64,000 bases of DNA. Origin: Candidatus Babeliales bacterium. Its GTDB lineage: Bacteria; Babelota; Babeliae; Babelales; JBFXEV01. The stretch is taken from positions 1,161,994 to 1,225,993 of the forward strand of contig JBFXEV010000001.1 of assembly GCA_050179755.1 (NCBI GenBank), written 5' to 3'. Below the pieces are notes generated by a model. That model was given only the letters and a program-made list of their open reading frames with translations. It did no database searches and was not told the DNA's origin. How positions within the stretch are numbered: position 1 is the first letter of the stretch; the number at the start of each line of letters is the position of its first letter. Both the position numbers and the translations under genes were made by a program. This document shows positions 1 through 9,326 of this stretch, piece after piece.

Positions 1-397
1 ATGTAAACAGATTCCTCTTTCATTAATTCTGCAATTCTGGCAATTGGTGCTGAATAGACGCTCTGCCAGAGTTCATGTTCGCAATAAAAACCTTCAGCTT
101 GAACGTTATCGCGCGCTTTGTAGCCATTATAGCCAGGAAGTTGTAAAGTTGCATAATACTCGTCTTTGTAAAAAGTGTTACCAAAGCGAGCAGCAGCAGG
201 AATAAGTTCAAGCATTTGCTCCGGGATTTCTAAATAAAAAACCCTTGGCGTGCAGCTTGTAGCAATTTAATATCAAGTTCGTCACCGCCTGTGTGAAGTT
301 CATTATGTGAAAGCGTAATAATTGGCAGATCTTGTTTTGATAACGCGGTTGTAGCGTAGAGAGCTACGAAAAAATAAATTGACAAAATTGCCTTCAT
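1..397 (-). CDS. 2-oxoglutarate/Fe(II) dioxygenase-like protein (isopenicillin N synthase-type N-terminal domain) with signal-like leader; runs off the window start
   Basis: Not in ORF track. Manual translation from ATG at 397: MKAILSIYFFVALYATTALSKQDLPIITLSHNELHTGGDELDIKLLQAARQGFFYLEIPEQ..., open to position 1. LPII...GFFYL is typical of DIOX_N; RBS-like AAGGAA upstream. Confidence 0.65.
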
Positions 398-691
398 AAT
401 GATTCCTTTTTAGCATGTCTCTTGGAGTGTTGATTATAGTATGCCATGCTAGTAGCTTTTGGTAAAATGGTCCAGTCTTTTAACTTGAAAAATGCATCAC
501 GTGTTGATACCACATTTTTGTACGGCAGGAAATAGGAGGGTGCAATTTATTACGCACTATCATTGCTTGCAATCGAACTTTGAAAATGTATCCATTGTAG
601 TAACTAAATTTGTACCTGTTTTTCTCTGTGGTCAAAAAAAGTAAACCGTGAGTATATTGTAGAAGGTTGAACCTGAATAGTGGCTTTCAAG

Positions 692-2050
692 TTATTGCAT
701 GTCAATTAATGAAAACCATTTTTCAATTAAGAATGTAACCGTCTCAACGCGGCCATAATGCCAGGCTTCCATCAAAGGGGTTGCATTGCTATGGTTTTTA
801 GCTCCAATATCTGCGCCATGTAGCAGGAGTAGTTTAACTTTTGTGGTGTATCCATTTTTTGCAGCATTATGTAGCGGTGTATCATTAAGGGCATTTCTGG
901 TGGCACAATTAGCTCCACATTCTAAAAGTAATTGTAATGTTTCAATTTTTCCTCGTACAGATGCTGCACACTGCAATGGAGTTTCACCTTCTTTGTTTAT
1001 AGCTTCAATATCAGCCCCGTTTGCTAAAAGTAGTTTTATTGCTTCATTACGATGCATTATTGCTGCCCAATGCAACGGTGTATATTCGTCGTTATCTTTT
1101 GCTTCAATGTCAGCTTTGTGTGCTACGAGCAAGGCTGATATTTTAGGGTTTTTTATCTTTGAAGCCTCGTGCAGAGGGGTTAGTCCACAGCAATTTTTGG
1201 CTTCAATGTTAGCTCCTCTCCTGAGAAGTAATTGAGCAATTACTATCGCAGAAAGTTCAATTCCTTTATTGGCAAATAAGTGAGCAACTGATAGATCGAT
1301 AATAACTGCATGCAAAGGAGTTCGGCCATACTTATCTTGAGCTTCAATGTCAGCGTTATGTTCAAGAAGAAGGGCTGTCGTTTTAGAATTTGGTCCTGTT
1401 ACAGCCATATGGAGTGGCCTTTCGCCATCCTTATCTTGAGCTTCAATGTTAGCTTTATGTTCAAGAAGAAGGGCTGTCGTTCTAGGATTTGGTAATTTTG
1501 CAGCTTCATGGAGCGGGGTTCTTCCCTTGTTATCTCGAGCTTCAATGTCAGCTTTATATTCAAGTAGAAGGGCAGCCGTTCTAGGATTTGGTAACCTTAC
1601 AGCTTGGTGGAGTGGGGTTCTCTCATGCAAATCTTTAGATCCAATTTCAGCGCCACTTTGTAAAAGCCGCTGAACCACTTCTACTTTGCCGCAGGCGGCA
1701 GCTTTATGTAATGGTGTACTGCCGATATTATTTTTAGCTTCAATACATGCTCCATTTTCTATCAGAAGTCCAACAATCACTGCTGAGCTTTTAGGGGGAA
1801 TCAGAAATGCCAGATGTAAGGGTGTTGCGCCCAAACTATTTTGTGCATTAACATTAACACCTTCTTGTACAAGTTGTTGTACAGTCCTAACTTGTCCTGT
1901 GAGCACAGCAGCATGCAATTGCGTTGATGTTTCATCACGCCAATGGAGTGCTCTTTGTTGTTGTTCATAATAACTTATTTCCATACCGCTTGCTGTTAAC
2001 GCAATACAAAATATAGTGAGGGTGAGGATTTTATGATTAGTTAAGTTCAT
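692..2050 (-). CDS. Ankyrin-repeat protein (about 12 repeats) with N-terminal signal peptide
   Basis: Repeated G.TPLH.A...LL..GA.IEA.D motifs at 33-aa spacing; hydrophobic leader ending TASG|ME. Confidence 0.95.
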   Translation of the reverse strand: MNLTNHKILTLTIFCIALTASGMEISYYEQQQRALHWRDETSTQLHAAVLTGQVRTVQQLVQEGVNVNAQNSLGATPLHLAFLIPPKSSAVIVGLLIENGACIEAKNNIGSTPLHKAAACGKVEVVQRLLQSGAEIGSKDLHERTPLHQAVRLPNPRTAALLLEYKADIEARDNKGRTPLHEAAKLPNPRTTALLLEHKANIEAQDKDGERPLHMAVTGPNSKTTALLLEHNADIEAQDKYGRTPLHAVIIDLSVAHLFANKGIELSAIVIAQLLLRRGANIEAKNCCGLTPLHEASKIKNPKISALLVAHKADIEAKDNDEYTPLHWAAIMHRNEAIKLLLANGADIEAINKEGETPLQCAASVRGKIETLQLLLECGANCATRNALNDTPLHNAAKNGYTTKVKLLLLHGADIGAKNHSNATPLMEAWHYGRVETVTFLIEKWFSLIDMQ

Positions 2051-2051
2051 C

Positions 2052-2282
2052 TTATTCCTGGATAATTACACTCATTTTGTGTGAGATGCCGTTTCGTTTT
2101 TTAGATCTCTTTAACATTCTTAAAGTTTCTGGGCATGTCATATTGGTAGCAACCTTCAAAGCAGTACTGCTTTGTGTATGCAGCTCTCGCTGTGAAGGGG
2201 TAATAATAGCGAGCTGTGTCGATTGCAGTAAGCGAGCATAGAACAAAGAAGCAGTAAATAAAATGGACGCTATAGTTTTCAT
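2052..2282 (-). pseudogene. Short ORF, probably a degenerate duplicate of the 5' end of the oxygenase gene at 1..397
   Basis: IITPSQRELHT resembles IITLSHNELHT; the upstream promoter-like sequence is shared. Confidence 0.5.
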
Positions 2283-2409
2283 TTATATCCTTTTTGAAAA
2301 ACATTTTGTTGCATTAACTATAGTATGCCAATCACGTTGCTTTTGGTAAACTTATTCCGCTCTACTGCCAACACGTAATGAATACAGATGTGTGACCTCG
2401 AGGGACTTT

Positions 2410-2962
2410 ATGCAAGAGATGCCCAACAAAGTATTATTTTTGGTACTAGCTTTAATAACCAATGCAAACATGTATTGCATGTACACATGGCATGCACCAG
2501 AGTTTGGTGGGTTCAAAATTGCGTCCTGTGCAAGACCAGGTTGTACCAGTGCAGCTTTTAAGTTCTTTGTCCCTTGATGATGAGCTGGTAAAGCCTTATG
2601 ATGCCATAATCAACTTAGCAGAACCTGAACCAAGAAATGTTGGTATTATAGATGTATATCAAATGAATCGAGTCATGCTTGCAAAACATGGTATCTTGAG
2701 AGAGGGCGTAGAACAGCAACTCTATGAAGACGGGGTAAGTTTGTTTTGTCACCGAAGTATTAATAATATTGATTCTGCTGCTGCCGCGTATCCGGGAAAT
2801 CGGCATTTTATGGGTAGGCGCATGATTGTATTAGCGCTGGCTTTAGGAGCACAACCTGATCAGGCTCTTAAAGATTCCATGTTAGCGTTAAGTTTTGCTT
2901 GGGCTTTTAAGGATAGAGCGTTGGTTCGATTTTTGCTTGATAAAGATATACCAATACCCTAA
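2410..2962 (+). pseudogene. Frameshifted paralog of the downstream secreted protein 3048..3638
   Basis: Signal peptide region LFLVLALITNANMYCMYTWHAPE lies in one frame (ORF 2392..2577); C-terminal MGRRMIVLALALGA...LVRFLLDKDIPIP lies in another (ORF 2462..2962); both match the neighbour. Confidence 0.7.
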
Positions 2963-3047
2963 ATTTTATGGTGAGGTTTGATAAGATTAATGTGCTTTAT
3001 GGTAAGTGGATAAGGGTTGTTTTAACAACGTGACACGAGGACATTAT

Positions 3048-3638
3048 ATGATGAAAAATAGATCACTGTTTTTAGCCATAGCTCTTTTGATAAGCACGAA
3101 CGTATATTGTATGCAGCCAGCGTATGGAGTTGATTTTTGCACATGGTATAGGCCTGAGGTTTCTGATGCTAGATTACATTTTTATATTCCTGAAAACCCT
3201 GGATTAGTATGGACTGGTCAAGAGAAGAAATCGATCGATGTTCATGATGTCACTTTTTACCCAAAAGATAGCGGAAACTTAGTGGGGTTTAACGTTGATG
3301 GAACTGATCCTGATAAGATTGCCAAGCGCTATCCCATGCCACATGAGCTTGCAGAACAATTATTACGAGATGGTATGGGCATATACTGTAATGGGTATAG
3401 GCTTTTTGCACATGCTGCTTTTGGTCCGGGCGAAATTAAAATGACTGATGCTGCATATGTTTATATGGGACACAGAATGATTGCTCTAGCTTTGGCTTGG
3501 GGAGCAGATCCGCTTCATAATGTAGAAGCTGCAAAGAGTGCAATGAGCACTGCGTGGATAACTAGAAATGCACCATTAGTTCAGCTTTTGCTCAGTAAAA
3601 AGATACCAATACCTATTTGGGTAAGGAATAAAAGTTGA
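3048..3638 (+). CDS. Secreted hypothetical protein with ankyrin-like C-terminal helices
   Basis: Signal peptide ...STNVYC|MQ; RBS GAGGA before ATG 3048. Confidence 0.75.
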   Translation: MMKNRSLFLAIALLISTNVYCMQPAYGVDFCTWYRPEVSDARLHFYIPENPGLVWTGQEKKSIDVHDVTFYPKDSGNLVGFNVDGTDPDKIAKRYPMPHELAEQLLRDGMGIYCNGYRLFAHAAFGPGEIKMTDAAYVYMGHRMIALALAWGADPLHNVEAAKSAMSTAWITRNAPLVQLLLSKKIPIPIWVRNKS

Positions 3639-3788
3639 TCACTGGTTATAATGCGCATGAGATGCTTGTTCTGAGTATGTACTATCTTTGGCGTGGGAGC
3701 CAAAAATTTACATTCCTGGTGAATTCATTCAATTTTTGTTACACTAAAGTTCTAAATTATAGATACCTTTAAATGAAAGAACTCTATT

Positions 3789-5519
3789 ATGCCAGTTATG
3801 CAAACTATAAGTAATGTAATGTATGGCGTTATTGCACTAGCACTTGCCGCTGGTGTGGTAACAGTTCAGTTGCAACAAAAATCTATACAGGAATCTCTCA
3901 AAGAATTACATCAGCGCTTTGACGCTATTCGCACAGAATCTCCAGAGGTACCTCATATTGTAGAGCGTGTAGTTGCCCATAATCATCAACCATGGAGTGA
4001 TTTGCAGGCAACGCTCAAAGATTCAGTAGTACAAATATTCTCACAAATCGCAGAAGTAAATTTATTACAGCCTCAAAAACCGCGCAGCCAGCACCAAGCA
4101 TATGGTTCAGGTTTTTTTATTAATGACGAGGGTGAAATTATAACCAATGCCCATGTGGTTGATCAAGCTGCTGCCGTGTGGATTCAAATTCCTTCGTTAG
4201 GTAAACGGCAATTGGATGTTGATATTATAGGCGTGAGTCCGGATCGCGATATGGCTTTGCTTAAATTACGCCCAGAAGGTATAGCATTAATTAAACAGGT
4301 ACGTGGCGAAATTCCTTATTTGCAATTAGGCGATTCAGATCGTATTCATCGTGCAGATGAAATATTAACTCTTGGTTATCCATTAGGTCAACAAGGTCTT
4401 AAAAGCACAAAAGGCGTGGTGAGTGGTAGAGAGCAGCATTTGATTCAAATTGATGCAGCAATTAACCCTGGCAATTCTGGAGGTCCATCAATTAATGTGA
4501 ACGGCGAAGTAGTAGGTATTAACACGGCTATAGCGCGTGAAGCACAGAATGTTGGGTATATTATTCCTGCCAACGAACTTAAAGTAATTCTTGCAGATTT
4601 GCGCACGGTACCGTTATTGCGGCGTCCATTTTTAGGCATTTTATTTAATAATGCAAGTGAAAGTTTAACTGACTTTTTGGGTAATCCAAAGCCAGGTGGT
4701 TTGTATGTGGTTGATGTCATTAAAGGTAGTCCGCTTCATAAGGCTGGCGTATTAAAGGGTGATATGATTTATGAAATCAATGGTCATCAGGTAGATATGT
4801 ATGGAGAACTTTCATGGACCGAAGATAAAATTTCTATCATTGATTATGTATCGCAATTGCGCCTTGGTGAAGAAGTTGGCTTGGTAGTTTATCGCAATGG
4901 TTCGCGCAAAAACCTTACGTTCTCATTTGAACAGTCAGATGCTTTGCCCATTCATAAAATATATCCAGGATATGAAGATATTGATTATGAAATAGTGGGT
5001 GGGATGCTCGTGCAGCAATTGACGGTGAATCATTTAGGATTGCTAGTGAATATGGCGCCCAGTCTTGCAAAATATGCAGAAATGAAATATCAAAAAGAGC
5101 CTGCGCTTTTGGTAACACACGTGTTTCCCGATTCTCCTGCACATCGTTGTCGCTCTATTGGTATTGGTGCAATTATTAATAAGATCAACGATGAGCCTGT
5201 GCAAACACTTGATGAATTGCGTTGCCAGCTTGCAAAGAGTTTTGAGACCAATAATGTAACAATTGAATCTGCTGATGGCGTGTATTTACACTTTCCATTT
5301 AATGATATTCTTAAAGAAGAACGTAGATTGTCTCGCATATGGTCATATGGTATGACTACCGCTATGACTGAACTGGTTTCTGGTTATGAAGTGCGTCTGG
5401 CGCAAGCAGAGCAGAAGTATATGCACGAGCAAATGCAGCAGCAAGCAGTGCCGGGACAAGTAGCAATGCAAGTTGCGCAAACTGATGCCCCTGTGGGTGT
5501 AGATGCGGCAGCTGCTTAA
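3789..5519 (+). CDS. HtrA/DegP-family trypsin-like serine protease with PDZ domains and N-terminal membrane anchor
   Basis: GSGF, TNAHVV (His), DMALLK (Asp), GNSGGP (Ser); PDZ-type motifs GSPLHKAGVLKGD and PDSPAHRC. Confidence 0.93.
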   Translation: MPVMQTISNVMYGVIALALAAGVVTVQLQQKSIQESLKELHQRFDAIRTESPEVPHIVERVVAHNHQPWSDLQATLKDSVVQIFSQIAEVNLLQPQKPRSQHQAYGSGFFINDEGEIITNAHVVDQAAAVWIQIPSLGKRQLDVDIIGVSPDRDMALLKLRPEGIALIKQVRGEIPYLQLGDSDRIHRADEILTLGYPLGQQGLKSTKGVVSGREQHLIQIDAAINPGNSGGPSINVNGEVVGINTAIAREAQNVGYIIPANELKVILADLRTVPLLRRPFLGILFNNASESLTDFLGNPKPGGLYVVDVIKGSPLHKAGVLKGDMIYEINGHQVDMYGELSWTEDKISIIDYVSQLRLGEEVGLVVYRNGSRKNLTFSFEQSDALPIHKIYPGYEDIDYEIVGGMLVQQLTVNHLGLLVNMAPSLAKYAEMKYQKEPALLVTHVFPDSPAHRCRSIGIGAIINKINDEPVQTLDELRCQLAKSFETNNVTIESADGVYLHFPFNDILKEERRLSRIWSYGMTTAMTELVSGYEVRLAQAEQKYMHEQMQQQAVPGQVAMQVAQTDAPVGVDAAAA

Positions 5520-5538
5520 TTTATTAGAAATTTAATAT

Positions 5539-5570
5539 CCCGCTCAGTTTTTATGTAAAATTGAGCGGGA
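5539..5570 (+). terminator. Hairpin after the HtrA gene
   Basis: CCCGCTCAGTTTT...AAAATTGAGCGGG inverted repeat. Confidence 0.5.
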
Positions 5571-5584
5571 ATCTTAGAAGTATT

Positions 5585-6316
5585 ATGCCAAAAAAACGCC
5601 TTGATCTTTTAGTACAGGAAAAATACCCTCAGTTAACAAGAACGCATATTCAAAGCCTTATTATGCAAGGCAAAGTACGTGTTTATGATCAGGTGATCAC
5701 TAAAGCAGGGCAAGCAACGCATGAAGATGCGGAAATTGCTGTTGATCTTGCAGTTCCCAAGTTTGTCTCTCGCGCCGGGTTTAAGCTTGAAAAAGCATTA
5801 GATCATTTTGGGATTGATGTAACTGACTTTCTGGTACTTGATGCAGGACTTTCCACTGGAGGTTTTACTGATTGTTTACTTCAGCGTGGTGCCAAGAAAA
5901 TTTTTGGTGTGGATGTAGGCCATGCCCAAGTGCATGAAAAAATCCGGCGTGATCCTCGCGTGGTGGTCATGGAGCAAACTAATTTACGGTATCTGGAATC
6001 ATTGCCAGAAAAAGTAGATTTGGTAACGCTTGATCTCTCTTTTATTTCTGTTCTTAAAGTTATGGATGCTGTCACGAAACAATTAAAACCACAGGGCAAG
6101 CTGATAGTGCTTATTAAACCGCAATTTGAAGCTGAAAAGCATCAAGTGGGTAAGGGTGGCATTATCAAAGATCCTGCGGTTCATCAAGAAGTTATTGATA
6201 AAATAACTAACGGCATAGAATCGTTTGGGTACACGTGCCAAGGGGTTATTGAATCGCCCATTGAAGGTGGTGATGGTAATAAAGAGTTTCTAGCGTACTT
6301 TAATAGAAATTTTTAA
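5585..6316 (+). CDS. tlyA: TlyA family rRNA (cytidine-2'-O)-methyltransferase
   Basis: S4 domain KKRLDLLV; FVSRAGFKL, STGGFTDCLLQ, DLSFIS, LIKPQFE, GNKEF motifs; ATG 5585 preferred. Confidence 0.95.
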   Translation: MPKKRLDLLVQEKYPQLTRTHIQSLIMQGKVRVYDQVITKAGQATHEDAEIAVDLAVPKFVSRAGFKLEKALDHFGIDVTDFLVLDAGLSTGGFTDCLLQRGAKKIFGVDVGHAQVHEKIRRDPRVVVMEQTNLRYLESLPEKVDLVTLDLSFISVLKVMDAVTKQLKPQGKLIVLIKPQFEAEKHQVGKGGIIKDPAVHQEVIDKITNGIESFGYTCQGVIESPIEGGDGNKEFLAYFNRNF

Positions 6317-6460
6317 ACAAATCCTTTTTTGATATCTCTTAGTTTAAAGATTCATGCTTATTATTTAACGAGTAATGTAAAAGACTTGCATTATTAATTT
6401 CTGCATTGTTACTCTTAAAGGGAATGGTATGAGTTTGGGGTTATCAAATAAGGAACGAAT

Positions 6461-7141
6461 ATGGAAATAAAGAGAATGGTGGTAATGTTGGGTTTAATGC
6501 TCAACATAATAGGTCTTTTGGCACAGCCAACATATTATGAAATTTTAGGCGTGTCTAAAACTGCTTCTGAAAGTGATTTGAAAAAAGGGTATCGCAAAAA
6601 AGCTTTAGTGTTGCATCCTGATAAAATACAAGAGCGAACAGGAATGCCTGCTACATCTGAACAAACCAAGAAATTTCAGGAGTTAGTGGAAGCATATGAT
6701 GTACTTAAGGATCCTCTAAAGAAAAGAGAGTATGATATAAAGTTAGCCCAAGCAGCAAAGGCTTCATCAACACCAAAACCGCAATCAGCGCAACAGCAAT
6801 ATAAGCCTGCATCAAAACCGCAGCAGGCAACTGGGCCCAAGCCAGCACAATCACAGTATAAACCAACGCCAAAACCGCAAACAACTCAGCCTCAATATAA
6901 GCCTGCGCCAAAGCCACAGCCCACTCAACAACAATTTAAACCGATTCCAACGCAAGCACAAAAACCTCAAGTGCCTGCTGCAAAGCCAGCACCAGCAGCT
7001 GCAAAGTCGGCATTTAAACCAGCAGCCGCAAAAAAAGAGTATGATTTTTCGTGGTTAGAATCTGAAGATGAATCAGATGATTCTTTGAGCGCAGGCAATT
7101 CATCTGACGAATCAGATTATTCAGATGATGAAGATTACTAG
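6461..7141 (+). CDS. Signal-peptide J-domain (DnaJ-like) protein with P/Q/K-rich linker and acidic tail
   Basis: YYEILGV...LKKGYRKKALVLHPDK...FQELVEAYDVLKDP; repeats of QYKP(A/T)PKPQ. Confidence 0.9.
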   Translation: MEIKRMVVMLGLMLNIIGLLAQPTYYEILGVSKTASESDLKKGYRKKALVLHPDKIQERTGMPATSEQTKKFQELVEAYDVLKDPLKKREYDIKLAQAAKASSTPKPQSAQQQYKPASKPQQATGPKPAQSQYKPTPKPQTTQPQYKPAPKPQPTQQQFKPIPTQAQKPQVPAAKPAPAAAKSAFKPAAAKKEYDFSWLESEDESDDSLSAGNSSDESDYSDDEDY

Positions 7142-7204
7142 TGAATTATTGAATTAATAGAACAACGGTATGGGTAGTTGGTGCTTAAGCGCTTACTGCC
7201 CATT

Positions 7205-7597
7205 TTAATTGTGATAAATCTGCTTTTTAATGGATGTAATTCTTTTTTGCAGTTCACGCTGTTTGAGTACTAAGGCAACAGAGCTTATCGGGCCCAAAAA
7301 TGCAGTTCCTGGTGATAGCTCTGTATAATCATACTTTATTTCTTCTAATTCATTATACCATTGTTCAAGTTGTTGCACCCTTACTCTAGATTTAGAGCAG
7401 TTTTGTTGCGAGCGAATTTCTCTTTGTAAATCATTAATATGGGCTAAGATCTTGAGATCTTGCTCATCAGCTTCATGAATGGAACTTGGCGGTTTTATAG
7501 GTGGCTGACAGCTTAAATGCGCCATAAAAAAGGTAAGTGCAACGAGTAGGTAGATGCTTATAGTGCTTGTTTTGAATTTGACATTAAAAAATGGCAT
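7205..7597 (-). CDS. Hypothetical protein, possible lipoprotein with coiled coil
   Basis: Hydrophobic leader ending HLSC; RBS AGGAGG. Confidence 0.6.
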   Translation of the reverse strand: MPFFNVKFKTSTISIYLLVALTFFMAHLSCQPPIKPPSSIHEADEQDLKILAHINDLQREIRSQQNCSKSRVRVQQLEQWYNELEEIKYDYTELSPGTAFLGPISSVALVLKQRELQKRITSIKKQIYHN

Positions 7598-7715
7598 ATG
7601 GACCTCCTGAATCCTGGCTTCTATTCATATATTCAGTATATGAAATCAGGTGGTTTTGGTCAATGGCAAAAAATTAGCTTTTTTACAGGAGTTACGGTAA
7701 AATATGTAACGTAAT

Positions 7716-7792
7716 GCGCCTGTAGCTCAATTGGATAGAGTACCGGACTTCGAATCCGTTGGTTGTAGGTTCGACTCCTACCAGGCGCACCA
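7716..7792 (+). tRNA. tRNA-Arg (anticodon TCG)
   Basis: GCGCCTG acceptor stem, D-arm TAGCTCAATTGGATAGAG, loop CTTCGAA, GGTTCGACTCC T-arm, encoded CCA. Confidence 0.95.
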
Positions 7793-7895
7793 GGCTCCAC
7801 TCCTGACGGAGTTACGCCTGGCTGTTGCCAATCTTCGGATAAATTAATTTTATCAATAGAATGATTTTCTGGAGAGTGGTGACTGGCAAAGCCTG

Positions 7896-8016
7896 TTCTT
7901 CGAAGCTCGAAGAGCGAAGTAGAAGCCAGCATCTTTAATGGAGTTATTCAATAAGCTATTTGAAAATTGATTTTTTCGGCCAAGTATGCCCTTCGTAGCT
8001 TCAGCGTAGTAGGGCA
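7896..8016. repeat. Two REP-like imperfect palindromes (7896..7924 and 7987..8016)
   Basis: TTCTTCGAAGCTCGAAGAGCGAAGTAGAA and TGCCCTTCGTAGCTTCAGCGTAGTAGGGCA share CTTCGWAGCT...AGCGWAGTAG. Confidence 0.6.
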
Positions 8017-8037
8017 CTCTCTATTAGAGGAGAAACG

Positions 8038-8874
8038 ATGAAGAAATATACAATAATTCTCGCGATAAATTTTCTTTTAGTGTCATGTATGGCAACTGCC
8101 CATCAGCTTGATAATGAATATGCAAAGGCCTTTACTGATTTAATAGAATTGGTATATGGCCCAGAATTGCTTTCGCAAGGGGGCACGCAGTCAATAGACT
8201 TACTATTTGAAGGCCAAGAACTTAATGGCAAGAAGGTGCTCGATATAGGATCTGGGCTTGGCGGTGTAGATTTTTATATAGCCAAAAAATTTGCTGTTGA
8301 TGTTACTGGGATTGATTGTGTGCAACGCATGGTAAATGACGCACATAACCGAATAGCAAAGCAGGTATTGCAAGGAGCGGTGCACTTTATGCATCAAGAG
8401 CCAGAAGTAGTAACATATCCCTTTGCAGATAACACATTTGATATAGTATTTTCCAAAGAAGCATTTTTGCACATACCCAATAAAGCTCCTCTCATAAAAG
8501 AAATATATCGCGTATTAAAGCCTGGCGGGCAACTTATTATTCTTGATTGGTTAGTAGATTCACCTAATCTGGGCGCGCTTGTTACTGAAATGATGGTAGT
8601 TGATGGCTTAGATTTTCATATGGCTACTATTGGCGAATATCAAAGTTTTTGCAAACAAGCAGGATTTGCCTTTGAATCTGTCAGTGTTTTAAACGATCTC
8701 TATGCGAAATTTTGCTCAGATAATATTGCTACTATTCAAATTAAACACAAAGAACTTATTGAGTTATTTGGACAAGAGACTTACGAATATTGCTTAAAAA
8801 TCTGGGCGCTTCAAAAAGAAATTTTTGAAAAGGGTGAAGTGCTTGTTACGTTGTTGAAGGCGACTAAGGTTTAA
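8038..8874 (+). CDS. Class I SAM-dependent methyltransferase (phosphoethanolamine/sarcosine N-methyltransferase-like) with signal-like leader
   Basis: VLDIGSGLGG, FDIVFSKEAFLHI, VLKPGGQL; N-terminal ELVYGPELLSQGG resembles PEAMT domains. Confidence 0.85.
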   Translation: MKKYTIILAINFLLVSCMATAHQLDNEYAKAFTDLIELVYGPELLSQGGTQSIDLLFEGQELNGKKVLDIGSGLGGVDFYIAKKFAVDVTGIDCVQRMVNDAHNRIAKQVLQGAVHFMHQEPEVVTYPFADNTFDIVFSKEAFLHIPNKAPLIKEIYRVLKPGGQLIILDWLVDSPNLGALVTEMMVVDGLDFHMATIGEYQSFCKQAGFAFESVSVLNDLYAKFCSDNIATIQIKHKELIELFGQETYEYCLKIWALQKEIFEKGEVLVTLLKATKV

Positions 8875-9022
8875 AGTGATTTATTAGTAAATGGTCCAGA
8901 GGGTTTGGTACGTCGCCGCCTTATTCATTTTTGCATGCGGTAAATTCGTCATTTGCGGCGAATTCGGGCAGTCTTTGCTCTTTCCATAGAATGATAAATC
9001 AAGGATTAATTACATTCCCTAG

Positions 9023-9064
9023 CCCTTCGATACAAATCACTTCGTGATTCACTCAGGATGGACG
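9023..9064. repeat. REP-like palindromic element, copy 1
   Basis: CCCTTCGATAC-AAATCACTTCGTGATT-CACTCAGGATGGACG; related copy at 48520. Confidence 0.65.
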
Positions 9065-9165
9065 AAGACTGGCTTGCCAGTCATTTGCTCGGCTTGATTA
9101 ATATTTTCTATGATCATATACTTCAACCGCTACCTAGCTTTTAATGATTGGCTTTGGCAAATGAC

Positions 9166-9242
9166 TGGTGCGCCCGACAGGATTTGAACCTGTGGCCTAA
9201 AGATTAGGAATCTTTCGCTCTATCCACCTGAGCTACGGGCGC
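9166..9242 (-). tRNA. tRNA-Arg (anticodon CCT)
   Basis: Reverse complement GCGCCCGTAGCTCAGGTGGATAGAGCGAAAGATTCCTAATCTTTAGGCCACAGGTTCAAATCCTGTCGGGCGCACCA. Confidence 0.95.
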
Positions 9243-9326
9243 GTATACTAAGTAATGATATTAAGAATACTGTATTCTTAAGCAATTTTCTAATTTAGTA
9301 GCATTTTACATTATTATAGCCAAGCC

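Noticed and set aside
23..211. 62-aa ORF from the track
   Set aside because: Lies out of frame inside the longer oxygenase-like frame starting at 397
5585..6316. TlyA as a hemolysin virulence factor
   Set aside because: The sequence only supports the widespread rRNA methyltransferase family
7660..7932. 90-aa minus-strand ORF
   Set aside because: Antisense to tRNA-Arg(TCG) and palindromes; spurious
7716..9242. Prophage or integrative element at the tRNAs
   Set aside because: No integrase and no direct repeat of a tRNA 3' end was found
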